Positions 60,001 through 64,000 of a stretch of DNA of 64,000 nt are shown in pieces (the stretch's first letter is position 1; every line of letters begins with the position of its first letter). The DNA is taken from NCBI GenBank assembly GCA_951406725.2, contig OX597832.1:69998001-70062000 (forward strand). The letters are read 5' to 3'. The stretch is from Octopus vulgaris. Its lineage: Eukaryota. The notes beneath the pieces are model-generated. The model had not been told where the DNA came from, did no database searches, and saw only the letters and a program-made list of their open reading frames with translations. Both the position numbers and the translations under genes were made by a program.

Positions 60001-62487
60001 CAATAAGTAATGCCTCTGACCCACTTGCAGTTGTTTGATCTAGCTGAAATTCTGCATGTGCAATTATTTATATCTCTATAGAGTAAGTGGCAAATTACAG
60101 ATCTGAATTAATTGTGGTTTCTGATTTACAGGTGTTTGAACCGAGTCAAGTGTGAAATGGAGCCTGTTGAGTGTCGAGCAGTGATCCGGTTTTTGTATTT
60201 GAAAGGACGCACACCACGGGAGACTTTTGATGAAATAAAAGTAACTTATGGTGATGATGCCCCATCATTTGACCTTGTAAAACGCTGGTATCGTGAATTC
60301 AAACATGGTCGGAACTCTGTGGAAACAGCTCCCAGATCTGGTCGCCCCTTCTGCCATTGATGAGGCATCTGTCCGTCAAGTTGAGGCTGCCATTTTGGAA
60401 GATCGACGCATAATTATTCGCCAAATAGCCCATGAGGTCAAGATTAATACCGGGTCTGTGGAAACTATCATTCATGACCATTTGCATATGCAAAAGGTGT
60501 CTGCCAGATGGATTCCCAGGTTGCTCACGCCTTTCCAGAAGCAAGAACGCGTCGTGTGCTCGAGGGTGAATTTGGAGATGTGCCAAGAAGATGAGTCAAA
60601 ACTTTTCAAAAGACTGATTACACAGGATGAAACCTGGGTCCATCACGATGATCCAGAGACCAAATCCCAGTCAATGCAGTGGAAGCACCGTGACTCACCC
60701 CTCCAAAGAAGGCAAAGGTGCAGCCCTCCGCTGGCAAGGTCATGCTCACAGTCTTCTGGGACCAGGACGGAGTAGTGATGACAGACTTCCTGGCAAAGGG
60801 TACCACAATTGCAGGAGCTTATTATGCTTCACTTTTGAGGAAATTAAGAGAAGTTATCAAAATCAAGAGGCGGGGCAAGATCAGCAAAGGCATCCTCCTC
60901 CTGCAGGACAACGCTCCGGTCCACAACTCGCTTGTCGCCAGATCAGAAGCTATGAACTCCTCCCCCATCCCCCTACTTTCCTGACCTCGCACCCTCTGAT
61001 TTTCACCTCTTCCCAGTCATGAAGTTGTTTTTGAAAGGAAAGCGTTTCCCAGATGATGTAGCCTTGATTTCTGAAGTCACGTTCAGGTTGGAGGACCAAG
61101 CTGGGGTCTTCTACAAAAACGGTCTCCAGAGCTGTATCAAACAATGGGAGAAATGCGTAACTCTGAGTGGTTCCTATTGCTCTACTGCTATAGGAAGTGG
61201 GTCAGGGGCATTACTTATTGAACGCCCCTCGTATTTACTTCTATCATAAGAGATCTTTTGTATGCTGATGATTGTGAGCTAGTAGCACACACAGAGATTG
61301 ATATGCAACACATTTTGAATGCATTCTCTGATGCTTGCACTGCCTTAGGATTGACAGTCAATCTCAAGAAAACTGTTGTCATGCATCAACCTGCCCCTGG
61401 TAAGCAGTATAGTGTACCAAATATATGTGTGAATGGTAAACGACTTGATGTAGTCGATCAGTTTGTCTACCTTGGAAGCACTATTAATAGATATGGCAAT
61501 ATGAATAATGGAGTTCCATATAGAATTAGGAAAGCAAGCGCCTCTGGAGTCGGCGAGACATATGCAGAAAGACAAAGATAAAGGTGTACAAGGCATGTGT
61601 GCTCCCTTCTCTTCTCTATGCCTGCGAGACGTGGGTCACATATCGATACCACCTTAAACATCTGGAACGTTTCCATCAGATGTGCCTCAGACGGATCTAT
61701 AGCATTAAGTGGAAGGACCGCATCAGTGATCTTGAAATACTCGAAGGCTCTCGGTGTGAAAGTATAGAAGCTCTTGTGTTAAAGCAAAGGCTCAGACGGA
61801 GTGGTCATCTGGTCAGAATGAAGGATTCAAGGATGCCAAAACAACTCTTTTATGGAGAGTTAGCTAAAGGAGAACGACCTCCACATAAACCAAAAAAGCG
61901 GTATAAGGACTTGCTGAAGGCTTCCTTAAGAGATGCTTGCATCTCTCCTGACACATGGGAAGGCATAGCTATTGATCGTAGCAAGTGGAGAAGGATTGTG
62001 CATGAGGGGACAGCCACGTTTGAGAAATCTCGAGTTGCACATGAGAAAGTAAGGAGGGATGTCAGGAAGGGCATCGCTGTTACACTTCCACAAGGGAAGG
62101 GTCTTCCTTTGATTCTGACATGCAATGTCTGTGCAAGACCCTGCCTCAGTAAAGCTGAACTCATGAGTCATCTTCGTAGTCATAAAACGAGACAGATGAG
62201 TGACAACCTGGCCACTGGTGGTGGTGGTGTAACACACCATACTAATCATATCTGTCGGGCATGTGGAAGAGAGTGTAATTCGGCAGGAGGACTTAAACGA
62301 CATGCAAAGGTACATGAAGCCCAGTTACAACTACAGCCGTCTATTACCAGAAAAGGTCTTAGTTGCCAATTTTGTACAAGACATTGTAGATCTTTAGCTG
62401 GGCTAAAAAGTCACATTCGATCACAGCGCCAGTAACAGTTAAGCTTCGCGCAATGGCCATACTCGATAACGAGGGGGCAGCCATATT
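57034..62487 (+). mobile_element. Near full-length RTE-clade LINE (APE + RT + three C2H2 fingers), interrupted by a mariner
   Basis: IGC*NVRTL, LSETRL, VYAPT, LGDFNA, LDYI, TDH (APE); NYRGISLL, QSGFR, DLTKAFD, GVKQGD, LYADD (RT); three C2H2 motifs near the C-terminus; 5' boundary approximate. Confidence 0.93.
59990..61231 (+). mobile_element. Mariner element, full length, with frameshifted transposase
   Basis: TA TSD (59988-59989, 61232-61233); 37-bp TIRs cgagggRcgttcaataagtaatgccYctgacccactt; WIPRLL, TQDETW, LQDNAPVH, DLAPSDFHLF. Confidence 0.95.
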
Positions 62488-62489
62488 AC

Positions 62490-62523
<34 letters not shown>

Positions 62524-62548
62524 TATATATATATGTACATATACTGAG

Positions 62549-62581
<33 letters not shown>

Positions 62582-62596
62582 TATATACATATACTG

Positions 62597-62631
<35 letters not shown>

Positions 62632-62687
62632 TATCAGTATATGTATATATATGCATATATATACATATACTGATATATATATATCAG

Positions 62688-62719
<32 letters not shown>

Positions 62720-62778
62720 CATATATATATATATATGTATCTGTATATATATATCAGTATATGTATATATATACATAC
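62488..62778. repeat. (TA)n block with interspersed catatactga / tcagtatatg inverted motifs
   Basis: Directly visible. Confidence 0.85.
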
Positions 62779-63197
62779 GCGTGGGTGTGTCTTGGTGTGG
62801 CTTTGTTCGACTAAAAGCTTTCAAGGTTCTGCTCCAGCATGGATTGGAATAACTAAAAGAGAATGTGTGTGTGTGTTTATACAGTGAGAGAAGGAAAGAG
62901 AGAGAGAGAGAGAGAGAGACAGAGAGTGAGAAGACGAAATGAAAGAGATAAGAGTCAAAGAGATTGGAAGAATAATTTTCAGGTATTTTATTGAATACGT
63001 TGATCTTTTTTATCTGCGAGAATGGCCAAACAAGAGCAATGCTGGAAAGAGCTCTTCTATTTGGGGGGGGGGGGGGGATATACAAGTCGCAGTTGTTGGA
63101 ATCTTCAGCGTCCTTTTAATACTTCTTATTAGATTACGACACCTTGATTGCTCCTCTACCTACCTTTTTGTTGTTCTTCTTTTTTTCTTCTTCTTTT

Positions 63198-63256
63198 TCT
63201 ACTACTGCTGCTACTACAACTACAACCACTAATACCACTGCTGCTGCTACTGCTAA

Positions 63257-63306
<50 letters not shown>
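63198..63306. repeat. (CTA)n/(CTG)n microsatellite
   Basis: Directly visible. Confidence 0.9.
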
Positions 63307-63841
63307 TTTCTCATTCTTTCTTGATTCCTGTTCCCCACCCCGCCTTCGCTCTTTCTGAACCTTATTCTCCTCCTCCTACCGTTTCTTCTTTCTTTCTTTC
63401 CTTCTTTCTTTTGTCTTTCTTTCCTTCTTTCTCCTCTCTTCTCTTTCTTTATCATCACGTGATAATGATAATGAATATAATGGTGGTTATGATGGTGAGG
63501 AGGAGAAAGACGAAGATGGAAGGGAAGGGGACGTGGTGGGTGACTGTGGCAACAGCGACGACGATCAAGCCCAATGATGGCGTATGCAACAACAAACAAC
63601 ACTTAGGTTCTTAAAACTCTTGAAGCGTGAGCCAACAAGTTCAGTCTGCGATAATCCATTGGTATCATCAGTCAGTCTGCGAAGAAAAATAAACACGCAC
63701 AAAAAAAGCCCAAACAATTCCTTCCATTCGTGTTTTGTTTGTACGTGAGTGTGTGTGAGTGAGCGTCCGCGTATGTGAATGCGTATATGTGTGTGTGTGT
63801 GCGTGTGAATATGTGTGTTTATGTGTATGTGTGTGTGTGTT

Positions 63842-63883
<42 letters not shown>

Positions 63884-64000
63884 AGAGTGTGGGCTTCTTT
63901 CATTTATATTTCTCCACAATACAGAAGCGAACGGCCAATAGCAAATAACCGTTGATGATGTTATGGTTGCTGTAATATATATTTTTAAAGGCAATTTGTT

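Overview
Eukaryotic, AT-rich, repeat-saturated intergenic or intronic DNA. The SINE types and microsatellite load suggest an octopus (coleoid cephalopod); this is an inference from recalled repeat families. I found no host protein-coding exon, and most listed ORFs are translations of microsatellites. The largest feature is a ~20 kb stack (20.5-40.2 kb) of ten R4/Dong-clade RT+RLE non-LTR retrotransposon copies or fragments. All ten lie on the + strand, and most are joined by (TAA)n tracts; two related ones carry (CTA)n tails instead. Other elements: a near full-length RTE LINE with three C-terminal C2H2 fingers, interrupted by a mariner; a minus-strand RTE; Tc1/mariner relics; a Gypsy 5' LTR with tRNA-Ser PBS and gag start; a Helentron-like element; Kolobok-like MITEs; and tRNA-derived SINEs. 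The most notable observation is an apparently intact type I hammerhead ribozyme (13584-13641) inside a 302-bp unit with terminal redundancy, the layout of a retrozyme or Penelope pLTR. Two degenerate Penelope-type minimal hammerheads also occur (3899-3922 and 41514-41551). All alignments were done by eye.
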